A stretch of DNA of 64,000 nt from Octopus vulgaris (taxonomy: Eukaryota), in the NCBI GenBank assembly GCA_951406725.2, contig OX597820.1, positions 35,774,001-35,838,000 on the forward strand, written 5' to 3'. This document shows, piece by piece, positions 12,057 to 24,888 of the stretch (position 1 is the first letter of the stretch; every line of letters begins with the position of its first letter). Under the pieces are notes generated by a model, which saw only the letters and a list, made by a program, of their open reading frames with translations, was not told the origin of the DNA and made no database searches. The position numbers and the translations under genes are program-made.

Positions 12057-12725
12057 GTGTGTGTGTGTGTTTCTGTGTGTGTTGTGTTTGTACATACATA
12101 CATGCATACATGCATACACACACGCATACATACATATGTATATACTTATATGCATACATATATATACATTTATATACATAGCCCTCATAGTTGTATACTT
12201 GACATAGCAATGCACAAATACATAAGCATACATCGACCTATCCAGGTCACATCAACCCAAAGAGTTATCTTGACTAAGACAATAGACGCTTGCCACTGTG
12301 TTGGTGACCGACTGGAATTCTGAAAATGTAAAATGGCTTAAATAAATTGCTAAGTAAAACATACGTGCATATACATATGTACATGCATACAACAGCACAT
12401 AAGTGTACATATATGTAGACTTAAATGTTTGCAAGTATGCATGCGTATTTATATACGTATACACATTAGTATGCATACGTAGTTAAGAACATACATACAT
12501 GCATACATACATACATACATACATACATACATACATACATACATACATACATACATACATACATACATACATACATAACCGCCATCATTCGCAAGTGAGT
12601 TTGACTTGGTAGCTTGTTCTGGGCTTCCATTATTTGATTTAAATACCTCTGTAGTTGTGAGCAGATATAGACATTCTTGCGGTCCTCGCACATTTGATCC
12701 AGCGAAAGACGCAGAATGAGACAGC

Positions 12726-12808
<83 letters not shown>

Positions 12809-13122
12809 TGAGACAGAGATAGAGACAGACAGAAAGAGAGAGAGAGAACAGCAATTCTACTCGACTTGTGTTCTTTTAAACTGCGTACTCTGAAACAACG
12901 TGTAATGAAATGTTTTGCTCAAAGAGACAACTGCACCGCTCGGTCTATGAATCAAACTTGTGACTTGTTAAACATGTTAATAGTAAGTATTATTAGCGGC
13001 GAGTTGACGAAGTCGTTGGACCTCGTACAGAACGCCTCGCGACATGCGGCATTCGTTCCGACTGTGTACCCTCTGAGTTCAAATACTGCCCAGATCATGT
13101 AGATATTTTTAAAATTTCGAAA

Positions 13123-13295
13123 TAGGTGCAGGAGTTGTTGTATGATAAGTAGCTTGCTTACCAACCACATGGTTCCGGGTTCAGTCCCACTGCGTGGTTC
13201 CTTGGGCAAGTGTCTTCTACTATAGCCTCGTGCCGACCAAAGCCTTGTGAGTGGATTTGGTAGACGGAAACTGAAAGAAGCCCGTCGTATATATG

Positions 13296-13328
<33 letters not shown>

Positions 13329-13528
13329 TTGAGTATCTATGTTTGTCCCCAATATCGCTTGACAACCGATGCTGGTGTATTTACGTCCCCGTAACTTAGC
13401 GGTTCGGCAAAAGAGACCGACAGAATAAGTACTAGGCTTATAAAGAATAAGTCCTGGGGTCGATTTGTTCGACTAAAGGCAGTACTCCAGCATGGTCACA
13501 GTTAAATGACTGAAACAAGAAAAAGAGT
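13123..13528 (+). mobile_element. tRNA-derived SINE family B, full length (also 17903-18297 -, 62273-62682 +, many partial copies)
   Basis: Head ggcgcaggagtggctgtgtggtaag..ggttcagtccc, ccttgggcaagtg core, internal microsatellite, tail ggtgctccagcatggccgcagtc..gactgaaacaag. Confidence 0.9.
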
Positions 13529-13835
13529 AACTAAAATTCTTTTAATTTAAAAAGACAAAAAAGAGGACGCAAAAAGAAAAAAGAAAGAAGAAAAGAAAGA
13601 AAACCACTATTTCTGTTTCTGCTGTCTCATAGTCGCCTGCTTTGTGGCTTTCCAAGTGGTTATCTGTGATTCTGGCTGTTAGGGATTGTCGGTCCAGATA
13701 GTTGGTTCACAATAACTACTTGACTTAGAGGAAACCTGTAGATTAATGTTTAGTGATGTGGGATTTCTGTGTATTTGCCTGTCTGTATATGTGTTTGTGC
13801 GAGTTTGCGCATGCTTGTATGAGTGTGCGTTTGTA

Positions 13836-13876
<41 letters not shown>

Positions 13877-14608
13877 AATTTTCACTGAGATTTGCTCAAG
13901 TTTTGCTTTCCTAGAATTTCATGTCGGACACAAAGAAAGTGCATGTATGTATGTATGTATGTAAGTGTACATATGTATGCATGTGTACTTGTATATATGT
14001 ATGTTTGTACGTAAGCATGTATGTATTTTAGTACATATGTGTGTGTATGCGCACACGCGCGCGTGTGTGTATATATGCGTACACGTAAGTACGCATATAT
14101 GCAAGTATGTGTGTTGATAGCACATGTATTGATTGTATGTGTGCGTGCGTTTACGTATAAGTTTATGGTGGTGGTGGCGGCGGCAGAGGTGGTGGCAGCG
14201 GCGGCGGAGGTGGTAGCGGCGGCAGTCACGGTGACGGCGGCGGCGGCAGTGGTGGTGGTGGTGATGGCCGTGGCGGCGGCGGCGGTGGTGGCGGTGGTGG
14301 TGGTGGTGGTGGTATTGACAGTAGCTCTAAGTTTATATTACTGAAGCTTTATGGAATTCAAGACAGGGACTTAGTGAGTGATATATAGAACGTATAGAGA
14401 TATAGAGAGTGATGTATAGCGACAGAGGCGTATAGAGAAGTACACTGAGGCGTAGAGAGACATATAGAGACGTGCAAAGGCACGTAGATATTCTTAAGAA
14501 TGCATAGAGATATTCAAAGACATATATAACCACATAGAGCTATACATAGACATATGAAGACATTCAGAATCATATAGAGACGAATAGAAGCATACACCGA
14601 TGTACGCA

Positions 14609-14992
14609 GACATTCAGAGATATTTAGAAACATACAGAAATATATTGAGATATATGTTATTATTATTTAAAACAATTTGATTCGACTTCATGCGACTCAT
14701 AGTTTCTGAGGCTTCTTGAGGCTCAGTTAACTGAATCGGTAATCTGAGCCTGAGGGAGTTAAGTTTCAGTACAGGGACATTCAGAGACATTTAGAAACAT
14801 ACAGAAATATATTGAGATATATATTATTATTATTTAAAACAATTTGATTCGGCTCCATGCGACTCATAGTTTCTCAGGCTTCTTGAGGCTCAGTTAACTG
14901 AATCGGTAATCTGAGCTTGAACGAGTTAAGTTTCAATCAGAAACTTTTAGTCACATAGAACCGAATCAAACTGTTTTAAATAATAATACATG
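14609..14992. repeat. Tandem duplication of about 165 bp (14609-14770, 14777-14936) closed by an inverted end (14937-14992)
   Basis: Both direct copies and the reverse-complement end are visible. Confidence 0.8.
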
Positions 14993-15351
14993 TGACCCCT
15001 AAATGTGTTGAATATGTTTTTCATTTGTTTGTCCATTCACTCGTATTGAAACATACGGAAATATATAGAAACATAGTGAGAAATAGAGAGACGTAAAACC
15101 TCTCTTTCATGTATCCTTATAAGAAAAGGGTGTTATGGTGCAAGTTTTAGAAAGAGTACGGACGTGCGAAGCCGAAAATAGCTGCTATTTAAGCGATGTC
15201 CATTTTCATATGTGATGTAGTGGTGTTGAAAAATTTGACATGTGCATATTAATTTCTACTAGGTCTTTTATATTGTACCAATATTTCATGCATTTATTTG
15301 TAAAGTTAAGGAAATTATTAAAAATTGAAACCCATCGGTAACTTTTGGGAG

Positions 15352-15411
<60 letters not shown>

Positions 15412-15933
15412 TATATGTATATATTTGTGTATCTGTTTGTTCCCACCCCACCATCGCTTGACAACCGATGTTGGCGTGTTTACGTCCTCGTAACTTATCG
15501 GTTCGGCAAAAAAGAGCGATAGAATAAGTACTAGGCTTCGAAAGAATAAGTCTTGAGGTCAATTTGTTCGACTAAAACCCCTTAAGGTGGTGTTCTAGCA
15601 TGGCCGCAATTAAATGACTGAAACAAGTAGAAGAATAAAAGAATAAAAGAATATTTAGAGCATTTCATACACACACAGAAAATTATATTGAAATATATAC
15701 AGATAACTACAGTCGTACATAGATATTCAGATATATGTAATGATATGCAGAACATTAAGACATACTGAAACATGGATAACAATAGACATGTATAGGTACT
15801 CGAATACAATAGGATATATCGAACATTACCAAACACATACAGAAACATGCTGAAACGAATACAGGCATATAAAGATATAGAGAGAGAGACATGGAGAAGA
15901 CATATAGACTTAACAGAAACATATATGTATATG

Positions 15934-15971
<38 letters not shown>

Positions 15972-16653
15972 CTAAAGACATGGATGTAAGAACAGAGACC
16001 TGCCACCTACACAGTAAAAAAATAATGTCAGAAAGAAAATTATGATATCCAATGACAACCAAACATTAGCTTTTACAATGCGAAGGAGATAATTAACAAC
16101 AAAAAAAACAACAGAGAAACAACAAAAGAAAAGAAAAGAAAAAAACAGTCCTGAAACGCCGGAATGCATAACATGTTTCCGCAGCAATAATTGTTTTGTC
16201 TTTGTCGTTGCCGGTTTTATGTTGATATTGTTCATTTTGTTGTCTTTTTGTTGCTATTGTTGTTGGTTGCTGTTTTTCCATGATTTCGTCCAATAATTCT
16301 CAAAAGTGTGAACCCCCACCTCCACTTCCACCATGAGTGTATACTCACTATTATGTCTCCCACACGAGAAAACAACTTATTCTACATCTCTATAATTGTA
16401 CTTACGTCACAGTGATGATTTTTAAAAAAAACATTAGGAAACAATAATAAATCTCTGAACGAGATATAAACAGTAACTGCACGACAATGTGAGGTATACT
16501 TGCCATCTCATTATGGCTAACCACTAAGGGTGGGTGTTACTGTAGCTTGTAGCCCCAGGAGAACATCGTCTCCAGCTGACTTTAGGCACACTTTCTGTGC
16601 CCTTATGGTATTTGCAAAGGGAGGTCACCCTTCCCTCGTCAACCTAAGTGATA

Positions 16654-16698
16654 CGCACGGACTGCAGTTTCTAGGTATTGACCTGTCGTCGGTGTACG
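16654..16698 (-). ncRNA. Minimal HHR, C4 variant (left arm)
   Basis: cgtaca-CCGACGA-c aggt caat acct a-GAAA-ctgcag-TC-cgtgcg. Confidence 0.6.
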
Positions 16699-16824
16699 AC
16701 AATCACCGGTTTTCGATGAAGGGAGGTCCCAATGCAAATTCTTATATCGTTTTTCTAGTAACTTATCGTCACTGCATATAAGAATTTGCATTGGGACCTC
16801 CCTTCATCGAAAACCGGTGATTGT

Positions 16825-16869
16825 CGTACGCCGACGACAGGTCAATACTTAGAAACTGCAGTCCGTGCG
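16825..16869 (+). ncRNA. Minimal HHR, C4 variant (right arm)
   Basis: cgtacg-CCGACGA-c aggt caat actt a-GAAA-ctgcag-TC-cgtgcg; 6-bp stem I, palindromic stem III, GUC triplet. Confidence 0.65.
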
Positions 16870-18109
16870 CATCACTTAGGTTGACGAGGGGAGGGTGACA
16901 TTCCTTTGCAAATACCATAAGGGCACAGAAAGTGTGCCTAAAGCCAGCTGGAGACGATGTTCTCCTGGGGCTACAAGCTACAGTAACACCCACCCTTAGT
17001 GGTTAGCCATAATGAGATGGCAAGTATACCTCACATTAGAAAACAATTTTCGTTTTATTCAGTATGAAAATTTACCCGACTTCTTTTCAATCTTCACAAC
17101 GTACCCCCACTCATCCCCATCAACACTGGTTTACTTAAAGAAACGAAGGCAGTGTCCATGAATTTTTCCAGGGCTTCTGTAAGTGGTGAGAGAAAAAAAG
17201 AAAGATTGTTCTGAGAATGGGTACCTGGTTACAAAACCTCTAATAAAAATGGACTTCGCTTAAGGTACTCAAGGATCGGATGGTGGTGTTGAACCGGCTA
17301 ATGGGATGTGATTACCCACCAAGACAAAACAAAAACATTGTCTTTGACGGGATTCCATATAGTTTCCATTAACACAATTTCACTCAATGCGTTATTTGTC
17401 CTGAAATTATGTGAGAAGACACCCAAGTTTCAATGTTCGTATTGAACCCAAAGCAATGTAATTGCTAGGGAAAACTTTTTTTATCGTTTAACGAAAAGGG
17501 AGGGCATTGTTCATTACCTTTTACAGGACCTTCTAGAGTGGCGAAAATGAGAGAAAGTATCCTTAAATTGGAGACTTGACCCGAATGTTTACAACAGAAG
17601 GCGCTTCGCCTAAAGCAGCCATAGTACCATGTGGTAGCGTTAAGCCAAACGATGGACAACGTTAATTCATGAAACACACTGTTGTTGTTGCTGGTATTTA
17701 ATTCTAAGATAGTACTTATTGAGCAAATACTGGCACTCCGTCGGTTACGACGACGAGTGTTCCAGCTGGCCCAATCAACGGAACGTCCTGCTCGTGAAGT
17801 TAACGTGCAAAATAGCTGGGCACTCCACAGATATGCGTTCTCTTAACGTAGTGTGACACAAAATGTGACAAGGGTAGCCTTTGGAAATACATGTACTCTT
17901 TTATTCTTTTATTTGATTCAGTCATTTGACTGCGGCCATACTGGAGCACCGCTTTTAGTCGAGCAAATCGGCCCCAGGACTTATTCTTTATACGCCTAGT
18001 ACTTATTCTATCGGTCTCTCTTGCCGAACCGCTAAGTTACGGGGACGTAAATACACCAGCATCGGTTGTCAAGTGATGTTGGGGGGGGGGAGACAAACAC
18101 AGGCACACA

Positions 18110-18149
<40 letters not shown>

Positions 18150-19869
18150 ACAGGCTTCTTTCAGTTTCCGTCTACCAAATCCACTCACAAGGCTTTGTTC
18201 GGCCCTAGGCTATAATAGAAGACACTTGCCCAAGGTGCCACGCTGTGGGACTGAACCCGGAACCATGTGGTTGGTAAGCAAGCTACTTACCACACAGCAA
18301 CTTTTACCAGCTGAGTGGATTGGAGCAACGTAAAATTCGTTTCTCTGTCTTTGTTTGTCCTCTTTGTGTTTAGCCCCTTGTGGGTAGTAAAGAAATAGGT
18401 ATTTCGTCTGTCTTTACATTCTGATTTCAAATTCCGCCGAGGTCGATAAATCAACTCCCCCTCCCCACTTACAAAAAACAAATGCGGGCCTTGTGCCTAG
18501 AGTAGAAAAGAATATATAGTCTTTATTCTGTAACATTGTGTATCTAAGATCGAGTTATCCAAATGTATGTTTCATTGATTAGGCAGTAGAGTGTGACCCG
18601 AAGAAGATTTGGCTGCTATTTTTAGCAGGTTGCTCATTCGTATAGGTGTCATCCCGTAGATTCTCGCCCGATTAGTTGCATAAAAAATGGTATTTAGTTA
18701 AAGAAAGGAAAATATATTTCAATAATATAATCATAGGCGAAGGCACGGCTGTGTGGTTAAGACGCTCGCTTTGTAACCACGTGATATCGGGTCTGTACCA
18801 CGTCTTCTGCTTTAGCCCCGAGTCACTTTGTGAGTGAACTTGATAGAAGAAAACTGTGTAGAAGCCCGTTGAGTATACACATACGTGTATGTGTGTGTGT
18901 GTGCGCGTGTGTATGTGTGTGTGTGGATTTGTGGTAAGAAGCTTGCTTCCCATCCACATGGTCCCGGTTTCAGTCCTACTGTGTGGCACATTGGGCAACT
19001 GTCGTCTATTATAGCCTCAGACCGATCAAAGCCCTGCGAGTGATTTAGTAGACGGAAACAGAAGGAAGCTCGCCGTGTGTGTATATATGTGTGTGCGTGT
19101 GTGTGTGTGTATCTTTGTGTTTATCCCACCACTACTGCTGACAACCGGTGTTGGTGTGTTTATGTCTCCATAACTTAACGATCCGGAGTAAAAAAAAAAT
19201 GATAAAATAAGCACCAAACTCGAATAAAGATATGTACTGAGGTTGATTTGCGTGACTAAACCCCTCTAGGCGGTGCCCAAGCATGGCCACAGTCCAATAT
19301 CTAGAACAAATAAAAGATAAAAGATTTAAATGGTCTCTTGTAGACTGCGCCAAATTATAAATAATAGATCGTGCCAAGAGCTTATGCCAAAAAGAAAAAT
19401 TATGCAAGATCTTACTAAGTGTTTCTCTTTGTTTTTTTCTCTCTTCTCATTTTTTTTTTTTTTGCTTGAGTTTATTCCTAGTGGAATATTAACGATTCTA
19501 TCTGTAGATATGAGGTTATATCCAATGGCAACGTTACGTAAATTTGCAGGAAATAATTCAAGAAAATCGGTCTGGAATACAGAAAAATTGGAATACAGAA
19601 ACCATACAAAAGTGAAGCTCCATTAGTTACATAAGAAGATCGAATGAAATATCTCTTATCTAAAACTGTTTGATCATGGAAAGAAGAATTGATTCTAATA
19701 ATGTAGCAATAAAAAAAAAAAATGGTCGGCCATAGAATATTCCAAAGATTGTGAAAGAAGTAGAAGATTATGCAGTGTCGGTCTGAGATGGAGCAGGCGG
19801 CGTGGTGGTGTTTTTATACTATTATGAATGATTGGTGCAAAATTAAACAAGGTCTGACTGTTTTTATTG

Positions 19870-19931
<62 letters not shown>

Positions 19932-20502
19932 TGGTGTCTTAAGGCGGCGAGCTAGCAAACCAGACAAAATGCTTAGCGGCATTTCGTCCCCTTTTCGTTC
20001 TGAGTTCAAATGAATCCGAGTGAAATTTTGCCTTTCATCCTTTCAGGGTTGATGAACTAAGTATCAGTCAAGCACTGGGGTCGATATAATCGACTAGCCC
20101 CCTCCCACCAAATTTCAGGCCATGTGCTTATAGTAGAAAGGGTTATTATTTGGGAATTTTCTAAAACACTGACCTGGCAAGATTGTTAGAGAGTCGGAAA
20201 GTATGCGTGGCAGTATTACTTGCGACTCATTACGTTCGGAGTTCAAATCCCGCCGCGTTTGTCTTTGCCTTTAATCCTTTCGGACTCGATAAAATAAGTA
20301 CAACACGACCATGGGCTGCACAGCACAGCACAGCACAGCACAGCACAGCACAGCACAGCACAGGCGCCCAGACCGAACTCATGGCTCTCCTTGGACCCTA
20401 AGTAAGGCAAGTGTAATATGTGAATGAAATTGGTTGTGTAGTTCTCAAGTTTTAGGGAAACGCATAGACAGATAGGCACACATTCTAGGTTTTATATATA
20501 TA

Positions 20503-20887
20503 CTAGCAGTATCGCCCGGCGTTGCTCGGGTTTGTAAGGGAAATAACTATATAAGCATTTTTAGAGAGTTATAGCCAAAAAATAGGAAAAAAATACATTA
20601 AAAATGGAAAAATTTTTTTTTTAAATCGTTGACACATCGTAGATATTTTTAGAGAGTTACTTCCCTTATATAATAGCTAAAAAATGCATTAAAATGGAAA
20701 AATATGATGGTAAATTTTTTTTAAATCGTAGACTCATCGTAGACGCGCGCTAATACCCAGAAGGGCTCGATATGAATCACGACTATAGGATACCCGCTTT
20801 TGGTTACACTGCACCGTAAAATGTGGGAGTAGTTACGAATCTAAATCGTAGGAGACAGACACACAACTTCAGTTTTATATATAAAGA
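20503..20887 (-). mobile_element. Non-autonomous Helitron, sister of 4586-4980
   Basis: TC...hairpin...CTAG termini on the minus strand; high similarity to 4586-4980. Confidence 0.85.
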
Positions 20888-20995
20888 TATAAGTCACGTA
20901 GTTATATACACATACTTTGTTATATACACATTCTTAAAAGAAAATGTTATTTTGAACACAACATTTATAAAGAATAAAATATTTTTTGGTTTTTC

Positions 20996-21680
20996 TTAAC
21001 CCTTTCGTTACTATATTTCTGACCAAAATACACCCCTTATGTGTTTCAATTATTTTCTAACGTAATCATAAATTTAGTCTGGTTTCATTAAACAAGCAAT
21101 AACTTTTTTATTTATCAATATATTAATGTGATTTTTGGAAGATAATTTAATGAAATGTTCTCAACCTATTCTATACTATAATTTTTGTCACAAAGTGACT
21201 CTAATTGCAGGTAGATACAGGTAAATTCAACAATATATAAAATTATTAAAATTTTTGTTCAAACATCGCTATAGAAAATGGGTTATTAGCTAATATTCAA
21301 TTGGGTATACAACAAAATTTTATGATAGAATTTGTTATTCTGGGTAACTTTCTGATACCCATAATAATATTTATGGCAAAATAGGCCTTGATTTCATTTA
21401 AGGTTGTGTGAAATAACAAACTATCCTTTCTTTCGTTTTGTTTACATTTTAGCGTAACAGTTCGTTTCCGCCGTAATGATTTCAAATAGGCTCATTCAAA
21501 AAAGTAAAAAGAAATAGTCTAAGGCTTTACTCTCCTGGGAAAGTCTGTGGCTTGGTGCAGTTTCTTCAGAAAAATCACCGAAAGAAACAGTTTTTAAATT
21601 TTCACTCCATTCAGGTACCAATTCATTTTCTTAATCGCTGTCGGATTCACTGTTTTCACTTTAATAGTTGCAAACTTGCA
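20996..21680 (-). mobile_element. Decayed piggyBac-like transposon
   Basis: TTAA-CCCTTTCG terminus at 20996; minus-strand peptide FHTTLNEIKAYFAINIIMGIRKLPRI resembles piggyBac transposases. Confidence 0.7.
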
Positions 21681-22129
21681 AAGAGAAAGGAGAAATTAGA
21701 GTGATAGCATCATTGAAACAGTTCGCTCCGTTTGTGTGTGTGTGCGCTTGCGTGTGGTGTAGGCCACACTAAGAAAAGCATTTGTCATATACACCACAAT
21801 GTGAGTTTTCTCTAAATTTTGCTTAATTGGGGTTGAAATTTTAAAAACTGGACCTGGCACGACCCGATGCATTCTACTCTTAAAAATGCTAGGTAAATTG
21901 TAATTGAAGAAATCCTATATTGTAGATTTCTATAAGATACAAAGGGAGGCAGATAAAATCTGCCTTTTATAATAAGAGATACTAGCATTAAAGAGCCGTC
22001 GTTGCCGGGTCATAGTGCTAGTGCATGTATATCTGTATATATATGTATGTACATCTATATATATATATACATCTACATACAAAGTTATATCTTGATATCG
22101 CTAGTGATAACAATACTCAAAATATATAG

Positions 22130-22447
22130 CAGACTGGAATTGTTAGCCCGTCTCTTGTAATTTCGATCAATTGTATCTTGTCCTCCCTCTTGTATAGAAG
22201 TGTGGCTACAATCCAGCCTACCTCTACTTCGGGGGGGGGGGCATTTATAATTTTTTTCCTGGACGTCCTACGTCCCAGATATAAAGGTAAAAATAAAATA
22301 TTTCCACTTTGCAAGTTCGAGTCGAGTACTCCCGTGCACGCTCCGTTGACTCGAACCTTGCTTCTATTGTGGCTAATTTACCGCCTCTGATTAGATACCT
22401 TTCATAGTCGCACCAAGACACTTTTCGAAGGTGCTTTCCTCCAGGTG
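22130..22447 (-). pseudogene. Older diverged ORF1 paralog, 3' part (interrupted; 5' part at 24218-24360)
   Basis: STFEKCLG..RYLIRGGKLATIEARF..LFLPLYLGRRTSRKKIINAPPPEVEVGWIVATLL aligns with AEIEKCLG..TYVSRGKKFGTVEVRC..MWPSYKGRRGVRVKIPNIPPEVKTEWLATAIL. Confidence 0.8.
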
Positions 22448-24217
22448 ATTTTATTATTACCCACAAGGGGCGAACATAGAGGGGACAATACAATCGGGGA
22501 ACTTAAAATAAGAAAGCGAATGACAAGAAAAGGAAAAAATAAAAGTAAAAATGACATATGAAAGAATATTTACAATGAGATGTAAATGCCCACTCGATCC
22601 CCGGAATCGAGAGGTTACATTTTCGTCACATATATTTCACAATATTTTCTTTTTTTTTTCTTTCTTCTTTCTTGTCTCTCTTCTCACAGTTCTATACATA
22701 TTCCATGATAGTTTTCAACTCTCTAAAGTCTATCACTGAGCCCTCAGGCAGCCGCTCTCTCACTCGAACACTCGTGTAGAATGTTACACTCTCACCGGCA
22801 GCTCTGAGGAACTCAGCGACTCTTTCTTCGGGGATTAGAGCAGTCTCCTGCCACTGATCGGTCATCCTGTTGACCCATATATGTCCCTCCGTACTACTTG
22901 TCAATTCTTTCATTTCAGGGCAGAAATGGAAGGTTATTAACTTGTAGAAGCCGTGATCTTGTTTCCGTCCTACGTTTTCCCTCGTTTTTCTTTTCGGGCT
23001 TATTTCTTCCTTGTTCTCCTCTCTTTGTTTCTCTCTTTCTCTCTTTTTGCCTTCTTTTCTTTCCTCTTCCTTCTCTTGTCTTTTTGGTTCTTTGTCTGTT
23101 CTATCTTTCTCTCGTGTTTTATGTTCCTTTTCTTTTTCTTTTTGTGTGCCGTCTTTTCTTTTCATTTGGTTCTGATCTCTCTCTTGTTTTTTTCCTGTTG
23201 TTTCTTTTTCCTTTTTCTTTTCCTGACTCTGTTTTGGTTCTATTTCTTTCTTTTCTTTTATTTCTTTTTCCTTCATTGACTTATTATTTCCTTTCTCTTG
23301 TTGTTTTGTTTCCTTTTCTATGTTTTCTTTTTCATTTACCGTATTCTTCTTTTCGAGTTCCTGCTCGCACTCCGCTACGAATTCGTATAACGGGCACTCT
23401 TTTTTAATGTGCCCCCTTGTCCCGCACAAGTAGCAGTTTGGCTTTCTTCCTCTACAATTACACTGAGGGTTTTCTCATCTTCGATTTCTATTCTGTAGGG
23501 GAACCTTTCAATGTCCTCTTTTGTGGCCATCAAACACAGTTCTACCCCATATCCTCTCCAGTTTATCACGTTGGACTCCTTAAAGGATTCCACCTCCACT
23601 TCCTCTTCTGCTGCTCCTAGAATAGCTGTTGCCAGCCATTCTGTTTTTACTTCTGGGGGTATATTCGGGATTTTAACCCGGACCCCTCTTCTTCCCTTGT
23701 ATGAGGGCCACATTGTAAATGTTTCCGCTCTTAGTACAGTGGTAGCCAGTGATGCTGCAATTTCTTCCGTTGCACATCTCACCTCCACCGTACCAAATTT
23801 CTTGCCTCTACTCACGTAGGTCGATTTCCCCATTATGTCTCCCAGACATTTTTCGATTTCTGCTATCTCCACTCTTGCCAGTTTCTTTGTATATTTGTCT
23901 TGGGTTCTATATGTTACAGTCTTATTTTCTTTGTCCTCTTTTGCTTTCGCGGGGGGATTAGCTTCACGCTATCACCCTCCCTTTTGAATAGTTTTTCATA
24001 TTCTTTGAGTTTACTCTTCTCAAAGAAAACATCCTTCACGATTATCGACGAATCATTATTCCTCTTTCCCGTGACCCCCGCGTAAGTCGCCATGACTAGA
24101 GGGTCAATTCACCTTCTTCGGAAGGTTTCCACACGTGGAGGCAAACGCCTCGCGCGATAATAATCAATTTACACAACAAAATTTCACTGTCTAATCACAG
24201 ATAACAACACGTATAGA
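22448..24217 (-). mobile_element. ORF1-only (HAL1-like) non-LTR retroelement with 13-bp TSD
   Basis: TSD tttcctccaggtg at 22435-22447 and 24218-24230. Contains a single ORF1 and no RT/EN; 3' tail tgtcccctctatgttcgccccttgtgggtaataataaaat. Confidence 0.85.
22692..24093 (-). pseudogene. L1/Tx1-like ORF1 (gag-like, CCHC zinc knuckle, Lys/Glu-rich linker) with two frameshifts
   Basis: ATG at 24093 (MATYAGVTGKR). Frameshifts in the C-run near 23955 and near 23445; knuckle CYLCGTRGHIKKEC; stop at 22692. Confidence 0.8.
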
Positions 24218-24499
24218 TTTCCTCCAGGTGTTCAAATCTTCTTTTTTCTCTACATTGTATAGACAATAGTCTTTTCTTTAATTTAATTTTTTATTATCCA
24301 TCTGGACTATTCCATTTCTGCACGCTAATTTTATTTTTAATTTATTCCCATTCATTTGAAACCACTTATTCAAGTTCAAATCATTGATGCAATTTTATAC
24401 GAATTGCTATTTTTACTTTTTTTATGTTACGATTATATTATACTTTAGTTTGATTTTAATTATTACTTACTACATATAATTCAATTGTTATTATTATTT

Positions 24500-24888
24500 T
24501 TATTGTTAAAGTGAAAGTATCTGACATAAAATAGAGAAACGTTTTTGTTTCACTTTTAACACGTAATACTGAAATAGTGGAAAAGATATGATATTGCTAT
24601 GGGCTCGCTCTAGGCAAGAAGTTGAACATTTTTTTACCCATGAAACTACATGGACCCTAAGTAAGGCATGTGTAAAATTTGAATGGAATTGGTTGTGTAG
24701 TTCTCAAGTTTTAGGGAATCGTAATGGAGAAGATATGCTATTGCTGTCGGCTCGCCCCTAGGCAAAAAGTTTAAATTCTTTTTTGCCGACGACACTCCCC
24801 GGACCCTAAGTAAGGCATGTGTAAAATTTGAATGAAATTGGTTGTGTAGTTCTCAAGTTTTATGGAGGCAGACAGACACACATAAAGA
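24500..24888 (-). mobile_element. Helitron-like 5' region with internal duplication; its CTAG 3' end may be at 21982
   Basis: Repeated ggaccctaagtaaggcatgtgtaaaatttgaat module (also at 20390-20470); CTAG plus hairpin at 21982-22010. Confidence 0.45.

Larger units (their letters stand above)
16486..17037. mobile_element. 262-bp-arm inverted repeat (16486-16747 and 16776-17037), PLE-type
   Basis: Highly similar arms with a 28-bp spacer; one HHR motif in each arm. Confidence 0.92.

Noticed and set aside
14166-14315. Val/Ala-rich ORF
   Set aside because: It is a GGT/GGC trinucleotide low-complexity tract.
22898-23407. Hydrophobic plus-strand ORFs resembling membrane proteins (also at 26371-26913)
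   Set aside because: These are the antisense of the Lys/Glu-rich ORF1 linker or pyrimidine-rich low complexity.
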